Assembly: GCA_038206915.1 (NCBI GenBank)
Contig: JBBRAI010000002.1
Coordinates: 78,079-142,078, forward strand
Reading direction: 5' to 3'
Length of the DNA: 64,000 nucleotides
From: Burkholderiales bacterium
GTDB lineage: Bacteria; Pseudomonadota; Gammaproteobacteria; Burkholderiales; SG8-39
The position numbers were made by a program, and so were the translations under genes. Positions 18,966-29,506 of the stretch are shown piece after piece (the first letter of the stretch is position 1; the number at the start of each line of letters is the position of its first letter). The notes beneath the pieces were generated by a model, which saw only the letters and a list, made by a program, of their open reading frames with translations, made no database searches and was not told the origin of the DNA.

Positions 18966-20498
18966 TCAAGGCGTTTCTTGCTGCTGGCGTACGTTCTCGA
19001 CGGAGCGGCGCCGCATCATCGCGATAAGTCCTGGCCGGATGCGGTCAGCCAGCGCGGCCGAGGCCGCCAATGCGAGGCAGCCTGTAATCAGCAAATAGGT
19101 GAACCAGAGCCAGCGACCTTGATAAACATCAGGCTGCAGCAGTCTAGCAGCCAGCACGACGGCGAGTGCTCCGCCAGCGGGCAGGAGAACGTCGGCAAAG
19201 TACCAGGTCCATTTCTCCCGGGGAATCAGCCGGTGGTGCATGAACGGGATGGAGAACAGGACAAAACCGACATTCACCGCCACCCATACCCAGGCGGCGC
19301 CGACCGCGCCGTAGTGCGGGACCACCCAGAAGATGGCCGGGATGAGTATGACCGCTCCTGCCAGATTTCCTTTGAAGACAAGACTGGTCCAGCCATGCGC
19401 GAGTTGGCATTGATAGGGCATCCACATCAAGCCGTTCAGGAAAGCGCCGAGCGCCAAAACCGAAAGAATAGGCGCCGCATTTTCCGCCAGGCCGGCGCTT
19501 CCGGACCACATGAAAACCACGCCTCCGGCGAAGCCGCCCAGCAGCATTGCAACAGGAGCGGTCAGGACGGTAACCAGCTGCGCGCCCTTGTGGTAAACGG
19601 GAATAAGCGCGGCAATATCGTCCTTGGTCGAGAGTTCCACCATGGAAGGAAATAGCGCCGCCGTGATCGGCGCGACGAGCAGATACGATACGCCGGCGAC
19701 GGTCGCTGCAAGGGTGTAATAACCGAAAAGCTCGAGCGACAACAAGCGCGAGAGCAGCAGCTTGTCCACCTGTGTAAGGAGCAGGGCGACAAAGCTGATT
19801 CCTATCATTCCGCCGGCAAACTTCCAGATGCCATAAAGCGATTCGCGTGAAAATCGAGGCCGCAAGGGCGCATCAGGCAGCGTCCGATGCACGCTCAAGG
19901 CAAACACCGCGACTGAAACGACGGAAATGAGGGCGTGCCAGAGAAAGAAGGCCTGGGCCGTGGCCGATATCCATATCAGAACCGCTACCGCGCCCCCATT
20001 GCGAACGGTGGCGAGTACGGCGTTCGTTGCGTTGTACCAGACCTGTCGCTGCAGCCCGAAAAGCGAACCGCGATAGATACCCTCCACGAAACGCAAGGCG
20101 ACGACCAGGGCGATGTAGGACAGCGCGTGCGCAACTACCGGAACGGGGAGCGCTTCGGCTTTGAGCCAATTGCTCGCCAGATAGCCGGATGCGCCCCACA
20201 CGCTCAAGCCGACCACTGCGGCCAGGCCGAAACAAAGAATTTCCAGGCTGCGCAGCAGGTCCCTGATGTGCTGAGGGCTATGGATCCCCGCTGAAAATCG
20301 GGCCATTTCGCGGTTCAGGGTGGGCGTCATGCCCATGTCCAGCAGCGCGAACCACGCCTGCAGCACGCCCATCAGGCCGATGAGGCCGTAGGCTTCCATG
20401 CCGAGGTAGTGGATGTACAGCGGAATGAAGACCAGGCCCATGACGGCGGACCAGCCTTGGCCGAGAAAGTTGGCGATGACGTTGCGTCTTACGGACAT
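18966..20498 (-). CDS. wzx: Wzx-type oligosaccharide flippase
   Basis: MSVRRNVIANF, LGMEAYGLIG, LLDMGM, QVDKLLLS, FGYY; many hydrophobic segments. Confidence 0.8.
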   Translation of the reverse strand: MSVRRNVIANFLGQGWSAVMGLVFIPLYIHYLGMEAYGLIGLMGVLQAWFALLDMGMTPTLNREMARFSAGIHSPQHIRDLLRSLEILCFGLAAVVGLSVWGASGYLASNWLKAEALPVPVVAHALSYIALVVALRFVEGIYRGSLFGLQRQVWYNATNAVLATVRNGGAVAVLIWISATAQAFFLWHALISVVSVAVFALSVHRTLPDAPLRPRFSRESLYGIWKFAGGMIGISFVALLLTQVDKLLLSRLLSLELFGYYTLAATVAGVSYLLVAPITAALFPSMVELSTKDDIAALIPVYHKGAQLVTVLTAPVAMLLGGFAGGVVFMWSGSAGLAENAAPILSVLALGAFLNGLMWMPYQCQLAHGWTSLVFKGNLAGAVILIPAIFWVVPHYGAVGAAWVWVAVNVGFVLFSIPFMHHRLIPREKWTWYFADVLLPAGGALAVVLAARLLQPDVYQGRWLWFTYLLITGCLALAASAALADRIRPGLIAMMRRRSVENVRQQQETP

Positions 20499-20583
20499 GG
20501 TTTGCCGCGCGCGGCTCGTCGCATTGCGGAAGGCAGACCCCGCATCCAGCGGGGAAGAACGACGCCGCTGCCGGCATTGACCA

Positions 20584-21450
20584 TCAGGCCAGCGTCCGCG
20601 GCCAGATATTCTTTCCCGGCTCGACAAAGAGGAAGTTGTGCGTGGACAGGTCGGGCTGTTCTCCCCGCAGCACGCGGTCAATGTCTTCAGGGAGAATCCG
20701 GCGGCTTTGCCGGGTCGCGGTCCATGCTTCGTAACCCCTGTCCCAGAATGTCTTGAACGTGGCCGCAAGCCCGGGGTTGATGGGGACGCCCGTGGGCTGA
20801 TGCTCCGCGACGGTAATCTCCACCAACCAAATCGGTTTTGGCTCCATGTTTAGGAGCGCCTGCGCGCCGTCGAGCATGGATTTTTCGGCGCCCTCGATAT
20901 CGATCAGCACAAGGCATCTCGTGCCTCGAAACCTGGATCCCAGGACGGCATCCATGGTCGCAGCCGCCACCAGAGTAGGATACTGCTGCGGGGTCTTGGC
21001 CCAGCCCTTTACCAGGGACGCCCCGGTGCCGCCGCCATAGATCTTTACGGCGCCCTGTCGGTCGCTCAATGCCAGGGGAAATATCTCCACCCTGTCGGAC
21101 CATCGATTGGCTTCGATATTCTTGATCAGGTACTGAAGATTCAGCGCGACCGGCTCAAACGCAAGCACCCGCTTGTTCATCTTGGCAGCTATGCAGCAAT
21201 AGTAACCAATGTTGGCGCCGACATTCAGCAATACGTCTACCCCCAGCAGCAACGCCTTCACCAGCGCCGTCTCCTCGACTTCGAACAGCCCTTGCTGCAT
21301 TGCCTTGTTGCCGACAAATTTAAATCCGAGCGCCGTGGGCTGAGGTTCGTCCATTAGCTGCCAGTGGGCTTGCACCAGCCGGTATGCCATCGCCAGCTTC
21401 GGGAAGCGCTCTACCAGAGGTTTGAGTAACCGAATGACGGCGTGCCTCAT
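20584..21450 (-). CDS. FkbM-family methyltransferase
   Basis: NVGANIGYY, AFEP, IDIEGAE. Confidence 0.85.
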   Translation of the reverse strand: MRHAVIRLLKPLVERFPKLAMAYRLVQAHWQLMDEPQPTALGFKFVGNKAMQQGLFEVEETALVKALLLGVDVLLNVGANIGYYCCIAAKMNKRVLAFEPVALNLQYLIKNIEANRWSDRVEIFPLALSDRQGAVKIYGGGTGASLVKGWAKTPQQYPTLVAAATMDAVLGSRFRGTRCLVLIDIEGAEKSMLDGAQALLNMEPKPIWLVEITVAEHQPTGVPINPGLAATFKTFWDRGYEAWTATRQSRRILPEDIDRVLRGEQPDLSTHNFLFVEPGKNIWPRTLA

Positions 21451-21579
21451 GCGGATAGACTTTCCATCACCGTAGCCCGCCCGAGCCTGGCGCACGCTTC
21501 GCCATTCACGCGCGCGGTCTCCGCGGTGCGGGCCGGCCGCCGACCGCTCCGGATACCAGGGAACTGAGCACGGCACTGC

Positions 21580-22515
21580 TCATCGCGCAGCTTGCCCAGG
21601 GAAGCCAAGTCGCCTGGATAGCCTCAACCTGAACAGTTCCCAGGAGCGAGTCAGGGCAGAGCTGTGCAGGGACGACAGGATTTCCGCGGGAATGTCGCCG
21701 TCATAGCCGGATTGGCGTATGTCTTCGACCGACCGCGCTCGGGAGGTATAGATCAATTCGATCAGCTGGTCGATATAAGCCTGACGCGATTCAGCCGGTA
21801 TCTGGCGTCTTATTGCATCGAAGAGATAGAAATACTCATATATATTGAGCCGTTCATTCCCGGCGCAGAGCTTGGTGACCTGGTGCGCCGCCTGAGTCGT
21901 GCTGACGATCAGCGGTTTTTGCGTCGCGACGAAGCCGCTCGACTGCAGTACATGAATATACTGGGCAATATCCACAAGCCATACGAGATTTTCGCGATAT
22001 TCCACGAACGATGCGCGGCGGATCAGCGTGGAACTGGGCGGACCGATGAAATTGCCGCAAAATAGACACGTAGGCTCTATGCGCAGGCGTGCGATCTGCC
22101 GCTCCGACGCGTGGTGGTGCCAGGTCTTACCTGAGGCGGCAATGCGCGCTGTTGCCCCCGAAAACGCAAACCCGGCCTTGGGATTCGAGTCGAGCATTTG
22201 CACGTATTCGGCAAGGCTCGAAGGGCTGGCGAACCAGTCGTCGTGATGCAGCATCTTTATGTATTCACCGCGGGAATGCCTGACCGCCCGATTCCAGTTT
22301 GCGGGCGATCCCAGTTGCGCCGGATTGCGCACGTAGATAAGCCTGGATCCGAAGGCGTATTCGCGGACCAGGTTTTCCACCGTCGCATCGGGCGTGTCGT
22401 CGGCGATCACGACCTCGTAGTCGTCATAGTCCTGACGCAGAATCGAGTCGAACGTCGCCCTGAGGAAGTGGGTCTGGCGGTAGGCCGGTATGCAAATGGA
22501 TACCTTGGGATTCAT
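21580..22515 (-). CDS. GT2 glycosyltransferase
   Basis: VSICIPAY, IADD, NWN, LHHDD. Confidence 0.85.
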   Translation of the reverse strand: MNPKVSICIPAYRQTHFLRATFDSILRQDYDDYEVVIADDTPDATVENLVREYAFGSRLIYVRNPAQLGSPANWNRAVRHSRGEYIKMLHHDDWFASPSSLAEYVQMLDSNPKAGFAFSGATARIAASGKTWHHHASERQIARLRIEPTCLFCGNFIGPPSSTLIRRASFVEYRENLVWLVDIAQYIHVLQSSGFVATQKPLIVSTTQAAHQVTKLCAGNERLNIYEYFYLFDAIRRQIPAESRQAYIDQLIELIYTSRARSVEDIRQSGYDGDIPAEILSSLHSSALTRSWELFRLRLSRRLGFPGQAAR

Positions 22516-23219
22516 GCGGCCGCGTCCGCTTTTCTGGCAACGCAAACGACGAAGTCCTTGTCCGGCAAGGACTTCACGACATCATGCGACTTGTAGTTCT
22601 GATAGAAGAAGCTTTCGGGTGAAAGCCCGGCCCGCGCCAGCCACGATCGAATCTTTGCCTCGTCGATATCGAATGTGAGATGAAACCCAAGCTCCACGGC
22701 TTCACGCGATCTTTTCTGGAGATACGGCGTCGAGAATATCAGGATCCCGTCAGGCTTCAATGCCCTGGAGAAATTCCTGAACAGGCGGATCACATCGTCC
22801 TCTTGCACATGCTCGATGGTTTCAAAGGAGCTTATGAGGTGATAGACGCCGTCGAATTCGATGCTGCGCAGGTCATCGCAGAGGAACTCGACGTTGTGCA
22901 GCTTTGCGTATCGATCGGCCACGGCGTCGATCACGTTCTGCTTGATGTCGATGCCGGTGACCTTGTCGGCCGTTTCCGCCAGCAGCGCGCTGCCATAGCC
23001 GCTGCCGCAGGCGAAATCCCCGCAGACCATCCCGGCCCGCACATATTGCCTGGCAAACAAGTACCTCTTGTAGTGGCTCTTTTGGTACATGTCCATCAGC
23101 GCGTAGTGCGGTTTTGAGCTGAGATCGATATCAACCCGCTCGCCGTTTTCCGCAAGCGCGGAGGGTCCGATGAAAATCGCTTGGAGGCGGCGCAAAATCC
23201 TGCCCAGCAGACCTAGCAT
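22512..23219 (-). CDS. Class I SAM-dependent methyltransferase
   Basis: DFACGSGYG, SFETIEHV, LKPDGILIFSTP. Confidence 0.85.
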   Translation of the reverse strand: MLGLLGRILRRLQAIFIGPSALAENGERVDIDLSSKPHYALMDMYQKSHYKRYLFARQYVRAGMVCGDFACGSGYGSALLAETADKVTGIDIKQNVIDAVADRYAKLHNVEFLCDDLRSIEFDGVYHLISSFETIEHVQEDDVIRLFRNFSRALKPDGILIFSTPYLQKRSREAVELGFHLTFDIDEAKIRSWLARAGLSPESFFYQNYKSHDVVKSLPDKDFVVCVARKADAAA

Positions 23220-23228
23220 GGCGATGCC

Positions 23229-23981
23229 TTAGGGTTTGACAATGAGGCCCTGGCACGTGGGCAGAGTAAGTATTTCGACGCCTTTTGACCGGGCAAATTC
23301 GTCATGGGCTCGCTTCTGATCTTCTGCCCCGGGATATGCGTAGTCGTCCAGAATGATCATTGCGCCGCGCACCAGCCGCTCCCAGAAGAACTCCAGCGCG
23401 GCGGCCTCGGGCATGACGCAATTCATGTCGATGGATAGATATGCCACTTTGTCCGTGTCCACCCTTGCCAGCGTCTCCGGTACCGATCCTTTGATGATCT
23501 TCGCCTTGAATCCTGAAAACGTCTCCTTGGCCTGTTCATATAAATCGACTTTGTCGCCGTAACCGATTCTATGATGGCGCGCCATCTCGTAGGCGGAGCT
23601 ATATTGCGGATCCAATCCGGTGAATGTATCCAGAAGGTAATACGTCTTGTCGAGTTTGTTGAAATCCACATACTCCATGACCGCGCGGGAGAACAAGCCG
23701 GTATTGACGCCGCAATCGACGAAGTCGCCTTCGAGATGGGTCGCGTGGCTTGCGGCCCAGCAGAGCACGTGGATGCGCCATTCGATACCGCCGCCGGTAA
23801 TGCCCGAGGTATCGAGGCGCTCGACGTGCGAATAGGCTTTCCGGAAAAGCGGATTTTTCAGGAAATCAGCATTGTTGTAGGTATAGAGCAGGTCCTTCTC
23901 GTAGGTGATCTTCGCGCGCGACAGCAGGATGTAGCGATTGCCCGTCAACCGCGTGAACAGCTTTTTCAGATGATGCTTCAT
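23229..23981 (-). CDS. TylF/MycF/NovP-family O-methyltransferase
   Basis: EGDFVDCGVNTG, LLDTFTG, IIKGSVPETL, SIDMN, ILDDY. Confidence 0.85.
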   Translation of the reverse strand: MKHHLKKLFTRLTGNRYILLSRAKITYEKDLLYTYNNADFLKNPLFRKAYSHVERLDTSGITGGGIEWRIHVLCWAASHATHLEGDFVDCGVNTGLFSRAVMEYVDFNKLDKTYYLLDTFTGLDPQYSSAYEMARHHRIGYGDKVDLYEQAKETFSGFKAKIIKGSVPETLARVDTDKVAYLSIDMNCVMPEAAALEFFWERLVRGAMIILDDYAYPGAEDQKRAHDEFARSKGVEILTLPTCQGLIVKP

Positions 23982-24018
23982 AGAGGTGCGGAATCGGAAA
24001 AGGCGGGCTCGGACGCGA

Positions 24019-24783
24019 TCATTCTGCAGCGGCGTGTTTGCGCTGCAGCGCAATCAGCTTGGCGTACTTGTGGAAACTATTGCAGCAGCCAATGACGATA
24101 TGCACCAGGCCGGGCATGCCGTCGAGAAAGCCCAGCCGCAGGACGTAAAACTTTACGAAGCGCAGCAGCGGCGACAGCAGAAGCTGCGCCGGGCCCGCGC
24201 GCTTGCCCGCGTCGAACAATGCCTGCGCCTGCACGCTGGTATAACGGTTCTGCTTGTCCAGATAACTGTCCAGCGTTTCGGCCGAATCGTGCAGCAGGTC
24301 CCCTGCAATGCACGCAGCCGGCGCGCCGGCGAGCACTTTTTCGTGCACCGGGTCGTCGCTCCAGCCCGCGTGGCGCCGGTCGAACAAGCGCAGGCTCCAG
24401 TCCGGATAGCCCTCGCCGTGCCTCAACCAGCGCCCCATGAAGCGATTACAGCGCGCCATGGCATAGGCGTGCGCCGCAGGCGCCTCCAGCACCGCGAGGA
24501 TGCTTGCGCGCAGCGGCGCGCTCACGCGCTCGTCGGCGTCCAGGCACAGCACCCAGTCATGCCTTGCCGCGCCGACGGCGAACTGCTTTTGCGGGCCGAA
24601 GCCCAGCCACTGCTGCTGCAGCACCCGCGCGCCGCGCGCCGCGGCGAGTTCGGCAGTGCCGTCGTCCGAGTCTGAGTCGACCACCAGCGTCTCATCGGCA
24701 AATGCGGCGCTCTCCAGGCATGTCCCAAGCAGGCTTGCGGCGTTCCTGGTGATGATAACGACGGAGAAGGGCTGGCGGGACAA
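24019..24783 (-). CDS. LPS core GT2 (WaaE/KdtX-like)
   Basis: WLGFGPQKQFAV, LDADE, GEGYPD, VHEKV; divergent from waaC-waaA. Confidence 0.85.
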   Translation of the reverse strand: MSRQPFSVVIITRNAASLLGTCLESAAFADETLVVDSDSDDGTAELAAARGARVLQQQWLGFGPQKQFAVGAARHDWVLCLDADERVSAPLRASILAVLEAPAAHAYAMARCNRFMGRWLRHGEGYPDWSLRLFDRRHAGWSDDPVHEKVLAGAPAACIAGDLLHDSAETLDSYLDKQNRYTSVQAQALFDAGKRAGPAQLLLSPLLRFVKFYVLRLGFLDGMPGLVHIVIGCCNSFHKYAKLIALQRKHAAAE

Positions 24784-24853
24784 GAGGCCGGATACCTTAT
24801 AATCGATTTCGCGCGGGCCCCTATTCTAACAAAGCGCGTTCAGCCCTTTTCCC

Positions 24854-25825
24854 ATGCCCAATATCCTTCTCATCAAGACTTCCTCGCTCGGCGATGTGGT
24901 GCACAACCTGCCGGTGGTGAGCGACATCCGCGCGCGTTTTCCGCGCGCGCGCATCGATTGGGTGGTGGAGGAAGCCTATTGCGACATTGTCGGCATGCAT
25001 CCGGGCGTGCACCGGGTAATCCCGGTGGCGCTGCGGCGCTGGCGCGGCAACCTGCTCCGGCCGGCGCACTGGCGCGAATTCGGCCATTTCCGCCGCGCGC
25101 TGTCCGGGATGCGCTACGACTGCGTCATCGACACCCAGGGTCTGATCAAGAGCGCGCTGCTGGCGCGGGCCGCCTCGGGCGTGCGCCACGGCTTTGCCGC
25201 CGCCAGCGCGCGCGAGCCGCTGGCGGCGAAGTTCTATGACTTTGTCCATGTGGTGCCGCGCGACTTGCACGCGGTCGTGCGTAACCGCCGCCTCGCCGCG
25301 CTGGCGCTCGGCTACGAACCGCCTGCTGCGCTCGACTACGGCATCGCCGCGCCTGCTGCGGGCGGGCCGGCGGTGTCCGGGCCCTACTGCGTATTGCTGC
25401 ACGCGACCAGCCGCGCCGACAAGCTGTGGCCGGAACCCGCGTGGGTGCAGATCGGCGGCGAGCTTGCGCGCCGCGGTTGCGCGCTGGTCCTGCCCTGGGG
25501 CGATGCGGTGGAGCGCGTGCGCAGCGAACGCATTGCGCACGCGCTGCCGGGCGCGTCGGTGCCGCCGGCGCTGGACATCCCGGCGCTTGCCGGCCTGCTC
25601 GCCGGCGCGCGCGTGGTGATCGGCGTCGATACCGGACTGACGCATCTGGCGGCGGCGCTGGGGCGCCCCGTGGTGGCGCTGTACTGCGGCTCGCGTCCGG
25701 GCCTGACCGGCGTGTACGCGGGACGGGACGCGCCGGTGCGCAATCTGGGCGACGCAAACGCGCTGCCCTCCGGCGCCGAAGTGCTCGCGGCGGCGGACGC
25801 GCTCATGGCCGGTAACGCCGCATGA
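24854..25825 (+). CDS. waaC: LPS heptosyltransferase I
   Basis: IKTSSLGDVVH, DTQGLIKS, HAVVRNR, GVDTGLTHLA. Confidence 0.92.
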   Translation: MPNILLIKTSSLGDVVHNLPVVSDIRARFPRARIDWVVEEAYCDIVGMHPGVHRVIPVALRRWRGNLLRPAHWREFGHFRRALSGMRYDCVIDTQGLIKSALLARAASGVRHGFAAASAREPLAAKFYDFVHVVPRDLHAVVRNRRLAALALGYEPPAALDYGIAAPAAGGPAVSGPYCVLLHATSRADKLWPEPAWVQIGGELARRGCALVLPWGDAVERVRSERIAHALPGASVPPALDIPALAGLLAGARVVIGVDTGLTHLAAALGRPVVALYCGSRPGLTGVYAGRDAPVRNLGDANALPSGAEVLAAADALMAGNAA

Positions 25826-27084
25826 TCTGGCGCATCGGATACCGGCTGCTGCTGTGGCTCGCGTTTCCCTGGGCGCTCGTGCACCTGTGGTGGCGCGGCC
25901 GGCTCCAGCCCGCTTACCGCGAAAATATCGCCGAGCGCTTTGGCCGGTACCGGCAGCGGCCCGAACGGCCGCTGATCTGGCTGCACGCGGTGTCGGTGGG
26001 CGAAACGCGCGCGGCTGAGCCGCTGGTGCGCGCGCTGGCCGCGCGCTACCCAGGATACGAATTGCTGCTGACCCAGATGACGCCAACCGGGCGCGAGACC
26101 GCGCAGCAGCTGTTCGGCGACGCGGCGACCATCGCCTATCTGCCCTACGACTATCCCAGCGCCGTGGCGCGCTTTCTGGCGCGCTTCCGGCCAAGCCTGG
26201 GCATACTCATGGAAACCGAGATCTGGTTCAACCTGGTCGAGGCCTGCGCGCGGCAGGGGGTGCCGCTGTTTCTGGCCAACGCGCGGCTGTCGGAAAAATC
26301 GGCGCGCGGCTATGCGGGCGTAGCGCCCCTGACCCGCGCGGCACTCGGCCGCCTGGCGGCGGTCGGCGCGCAGACGCGCGAAGACGCCGGGCGCCTCGAG
26401 CAACTTGGCGCGCACGACGTCGAAATAACCGGGAATCTCAAATTCGATGTCGCGATCGCGCCGCAGCTGCTGCAGCTGGGTGCCGAGCTGAAGCGGCGCA
26501 TCGGGCCGCGCCCGGTGCTGCTCGCCGCGAGCACGCGCGCGGGCGAGGAAGAACTGGTGCTGGATGCGCTGGAGCGTATCGATGTAGAGGGCCTGTTGCT
26601 GCTGCTGGTGCCGCGCCATCCGCAGCGCTTCGGCGAAGTAGCGGCGCTGCTGGAAACGCGCGGCCTGCGCCATGCGCGCCGCAGCGAAGGGCGCACGCTG
26701 CCGCCGGACTGCCGCGTGCTGCTCGGCGACAGCATGGGGGAAATGGCGGCCTACTACTTCGCCTGCGATCTCGCCTTCATCGGCGGCAGTCTCCTGCCCC
26801 TGGGCGGGCAGAACCTGATCGAAGCCTGCGCGGTGGGCCGCCCGCTGCTGTTCGGGCCGCACATGTACAACTTTGCCGAAGCCTCGCGCCTGGCGCTCGC
26901 GGCGGGTGCGGCAATCGAGGTTGCGGACGCGCCCGCGCTGGCACAACGGGCGCAACAGCTGCTGCGGGATCGGGCGGCGCTGGCGCGCATGGCGCAGGCC
27001 GCGCTTGAATTCAGCCGGGCGCACCAGGGCGCGACCGCGCGCAATCTGGCGATTTGCGAGCGCTTGCTGGAAAAACGCGTCTAA
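25822..27084 (+). CDS. waaA: Kdo transferase
   Basis: WLHAVSVGE, METEIW, NARLS, GNLKFD, VPRHPQRF, GGQNLIE. Confidence 0.95.
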   Translation: MIWRIGYRLLLWLAFPWALVHLWWRGRLQPAYRENIAERFGRYRQRPERPLIWLHAVSVGETRAAEPLVRALAARYPGYELLLTQMTPTGRETAQQLFGDAATIAYLPYDYPSAVARFLARFRPSLGILMETEIWFNLVEACARQGVPLFLANARLSEKSARGYAGVAPLTRAALGRLAAVGAQTREDAGRLEQLGAHDVEITGNLKFDVAIAPQLLQLGAELKRRIGPRPVLLAASTRAGEEELVLDALERIDVEGLLLLLVPRHPQRFGEVAALLETRGLRHARRSEGRTLPPDCRVLLGDSMGEMAAYYFACDLAFIGGSLLPLGGQNLIEACAVGRPLLFGPHMYNFAEASRLALAAGAAIEVADAPALAQRAQQLLRDRAALARMAQAALEFSRAHQGATARNLAICERLLEKRV

Positions 27085-27091
27085 CGGCGTT

Positions 27092-28435
27092 TCAGTTGGT
27101 ACCTAGGAGCCGGTTGACCGCTTCCAGGTCTTCTTCGTTCAGCGTGCCGGCAGCGGCCTTGAGTTTGAGTCCGTTCACCAGCGTGTCGTAGCGCGCCTTG
27201 GCCAGGTCGCGCTTGGTCGAGAACAGCTGCTGCTGCGCGTTCAGCACGTCGATATTGATGCGCACGCCCACTTCGTAGCCGAGCTTGTTCGAATCGAGCG
27301 CGCTCTGGCTGGAAACCAGCGCCTGCTCCAGTGCGCCGACCTGCGCCATGCCGTTGCTTACGCCGAGATAGGCCTGGCGCGCCGCCTGCGCTGCGCTGCG
27401 GCGGGCCGCCTCGAGGTCCTGGCGCGCCTTTTCCTGGTTCGCGATCGCCTGGCGCACCAGCGAGCTGGTGGCGCCGCCCGAATACAGCGGTATCGCCAGT
27501 TGCAATCCGATACTGCTGCTGGTGCTGTCCGTGCCCAGGCTCACGGTGCCGATGGTGCTGATGCTGGCGGAGTTATGGCCGTAGCTTCCTACCATGTTCA
27601 GCGAAGGATAATGCCCAGCGCGGCTGCGCTCGATTTCGCGTGAGGCGACCTCAAGTGCGGCCTGCTGGATGCGCACAGTGAAATTCTGGTCCTCGGCGCT
27701 GGCGACCCACGGCTCGATCGCATTGGGCTGGGGCGGGCTGAGCTGCGTCGCCGGACTGAACGGCGCCAGCCCGTCCGGATATTTGCCGATGATCTGCAGC
27801 AGCGCACTCTTCTTGATTTCGAGATCGCTTTGCGCGGCGATCTCCTGGCTCACAGCAAGATCGAAGCGCGCCTGCGCTTCGTGCGTGTCGGTGATGGTGG
27901 CGGTGCCGACCTCGAAGTTGCGCTTGGCCTGCGCCAGTTGTTCGGAGATCGCGGACTTTTGCGCCTGGATGAAAGCGAGGCTGTCCTGCGAGGCGAGCAC
28001 ATCGAAATAGGCCTGCGCCACGCGCACGATCAGGTCCTGCGTCGCCTGTCCGAAAGCCGCCTCGGACTGGGCCACCTTGAAGCCCGCCTCCCTGTACAGC
28101 ATGATGTTCTGCCAGTTGAACAGGGGCTGCGTCAGAGACACACTGTAGCCGTTGGTGTTGCCTTCGCGCTTTGACGGCGGCACGGCACCGCGAAAGTCGA
28201 TGTCGATGTTGTTCATCTGGGTGAAACCGCTGGCGCTGACGCTCGGCAGCATCAGCGCCAGGCCCTGCGGCAGGCTTTCGCGGCCGGCGTCGCGCGCCGC
28301 GCGTGCCGAGGCATATACCGGGTCGTTGGCACGCGCCTCGCGGTAAGTTTGCAGCAAGTCTGCCGCCGCGAGCGGCTGGCTGAAAGCAAGTACGGCGAGG
28401 AAAATCGCCTGTCGTTTCACGTCTGGCTGTTTCAT
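27092..28435 (-). CDS. tolC: TolC-family outer membrane channel
   Basis: Signal peptide, YFDVL, RNFEVGTATITD, GYEVGVRINIDVLNAQ. Confidence 0.9.
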   Translation of the reverse strand: MKQPDVKRQAIFLAVLAFSQPLAAADLLQTYREARANDPVYASARAARDAGRESLPQGLALMLPSVSASGFTQMNNIDIDFRGAVPPSKREGNTNGYSVSLTQPLFNWQNIMLYREAGFKVAQSEAAFGQATQDLIVRVAQAYFDVLASQDSLAFIQAQKSAISEQLAQAKRNFEVGTATITDTHEAQARFDLAVSQEIAAQSDLEIKKSALLQIIGKYPDGLAPFSPATQLSPPQPNAIEPWVASAEDQNFTVRIQQAALEVASREIERSRAGHYPSLNMVGSYGHNSASISTIGTVSLGTDSTSSSIGLQLAIPLYSGGATSSLVRQAIANQEKARQDLEAARRSAAQAARQAYLGVSNGMAQVGALEQALVSSQSALDSNKLGYEVGVRINIDVLNAQQQLFSTKRDLAKARYDTLVNGLKLKAAAGTLNEEDLEAVNRLLGTN

Positions 28436-28442
28436 TTCAGTC

Positions 28443-28766
28443 TCAGTATCGGGGCATCGCGGGTTCGACCTGGTCGGCCCAGGCATTCACCCCGCCCTTC
28501 AGGTTGTACAGCTTGGAAAAGCCGTTGCGCTCCAGAAACAATCCGACGTGGAAACTGCGTACCCCGTGATGGCAGATCACCACGGTATCGGAATCGCGGT
28601 CCAGGTCCTGTACCCGCGCCGGGATGGTATTCATCGGCGCGTGCATTGAGCCGTCGATACGGCAGGTCTGGTATTCCCAGGGCTCGCGCACGTCGAGCAA
28701 TACCGGCGGTTTGCGCGCCTTGTCGGCGAGCCACTGCTGCAGCAGCTGCGGCGTGATCTGGGTCAT
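28443..28766 (-). CDS. Single-domain rhodanese
   Basis: LLDVREPWE, ICHHGVRS, NLKGGVNAW. Confidence 0.88.
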   Translation of the reverse strand: MTQITPQLLQQWLADKARKPPVLLDVREPWEYQTCRIDGSMHAPMNTIPARVQDLDRDSDTVVICHHGVRSFHVGLFLERNGFSKLYNLKGGVNAWADQVEPAMPRY

Positions 28767-28768
28767 GC

Positions 28769-29431
28769 TCAGAAGCTGAAGCGCTCGCCCTGGAGCGCGT
28801 TCGCGAGCGGCGCAATCCGCGTCTCGAGCAGATCGATGGAACTGTAGCTGCCTTCGCCGGCACAGCTGAACAGCCGCGCCGCCATCACCGGCGGCTCGCC
28901 CACGACTGCGAACAGGCGCGCGCCCGCCTTCATCTGCTGCAACAACTGCGGCGGCAGCACTGGGGTGGAGCCGGTGAGCACAATGACGTCGTAGGGTGCG
29001 TGCTTGCTCCAGCCGCGCGCTGCATCGCCGAGCTCCAGCGTCACGTTTGCAATCCCGGCGCGGCGCAGATTGGTCTCGGCCGATGCCTTCAACTCGGGCT
29101 GGATTTCGACGCTGTAGACATGCTGCGCGAGGCGCGCGAGCAGGGCGGTGAAGTAGCCCGATCCGGTGCCGATCTCCAGCACCTGATCGCCCGGCTTCAG
29201 CGCCAGCTCCTGCAATACGCGCGCTTCCAGCTTGGGCGCCCACATCTGCTCACCCTGGCCGATCGGAATTTCCAGGTCGGAGAACGCCAGCATGCGGTAG
29301 GCCGCGGGGACGAAATCCTCGCGCTTTACCGCATACAGCAGGTCCAGGACTTCCTGGTCGAGCACTTCCCACGGGCGGATCTGATGCTCGATCATGTTCC
29401 AACGGGCTTGTTCGACGTTCATCGCAGACAT
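28769..29431 (-). CDS. pcm: Protein-L-isoaspartate O-methyltransferase
   Basis: QIRPWEV, REDFVP, VLEIGTGSGY, APYDVI. Confidence 0.88.
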   Translation of the reverse strand: MSAMNVEQARWNMIEHQIRPWEVLDQEVLDLLYAVKREDFVPAAYRMLAFSDLEIPIGQGEQMWAPKLEARVLQELALKPGDQVLEIGTGSGYFTALLARLAQHVYSVEIQPELKASAETNLRRAGIANVTLELGDAARGWSKHAPYDVIVLTGSTPVLPPQLLQQMKAGARLFAVVGEPPVMAARLFSCAGEGSYSSIDLLETRIAPLANALQGERFSF

Positions 29432-29506
29432 GGCTGATTGACTCTCGCAGGCGGTTTGACGAAGGCAAATTTTACCACCGTTTGCAGCGCTTTCTTGTGA
29501 CCCTAG

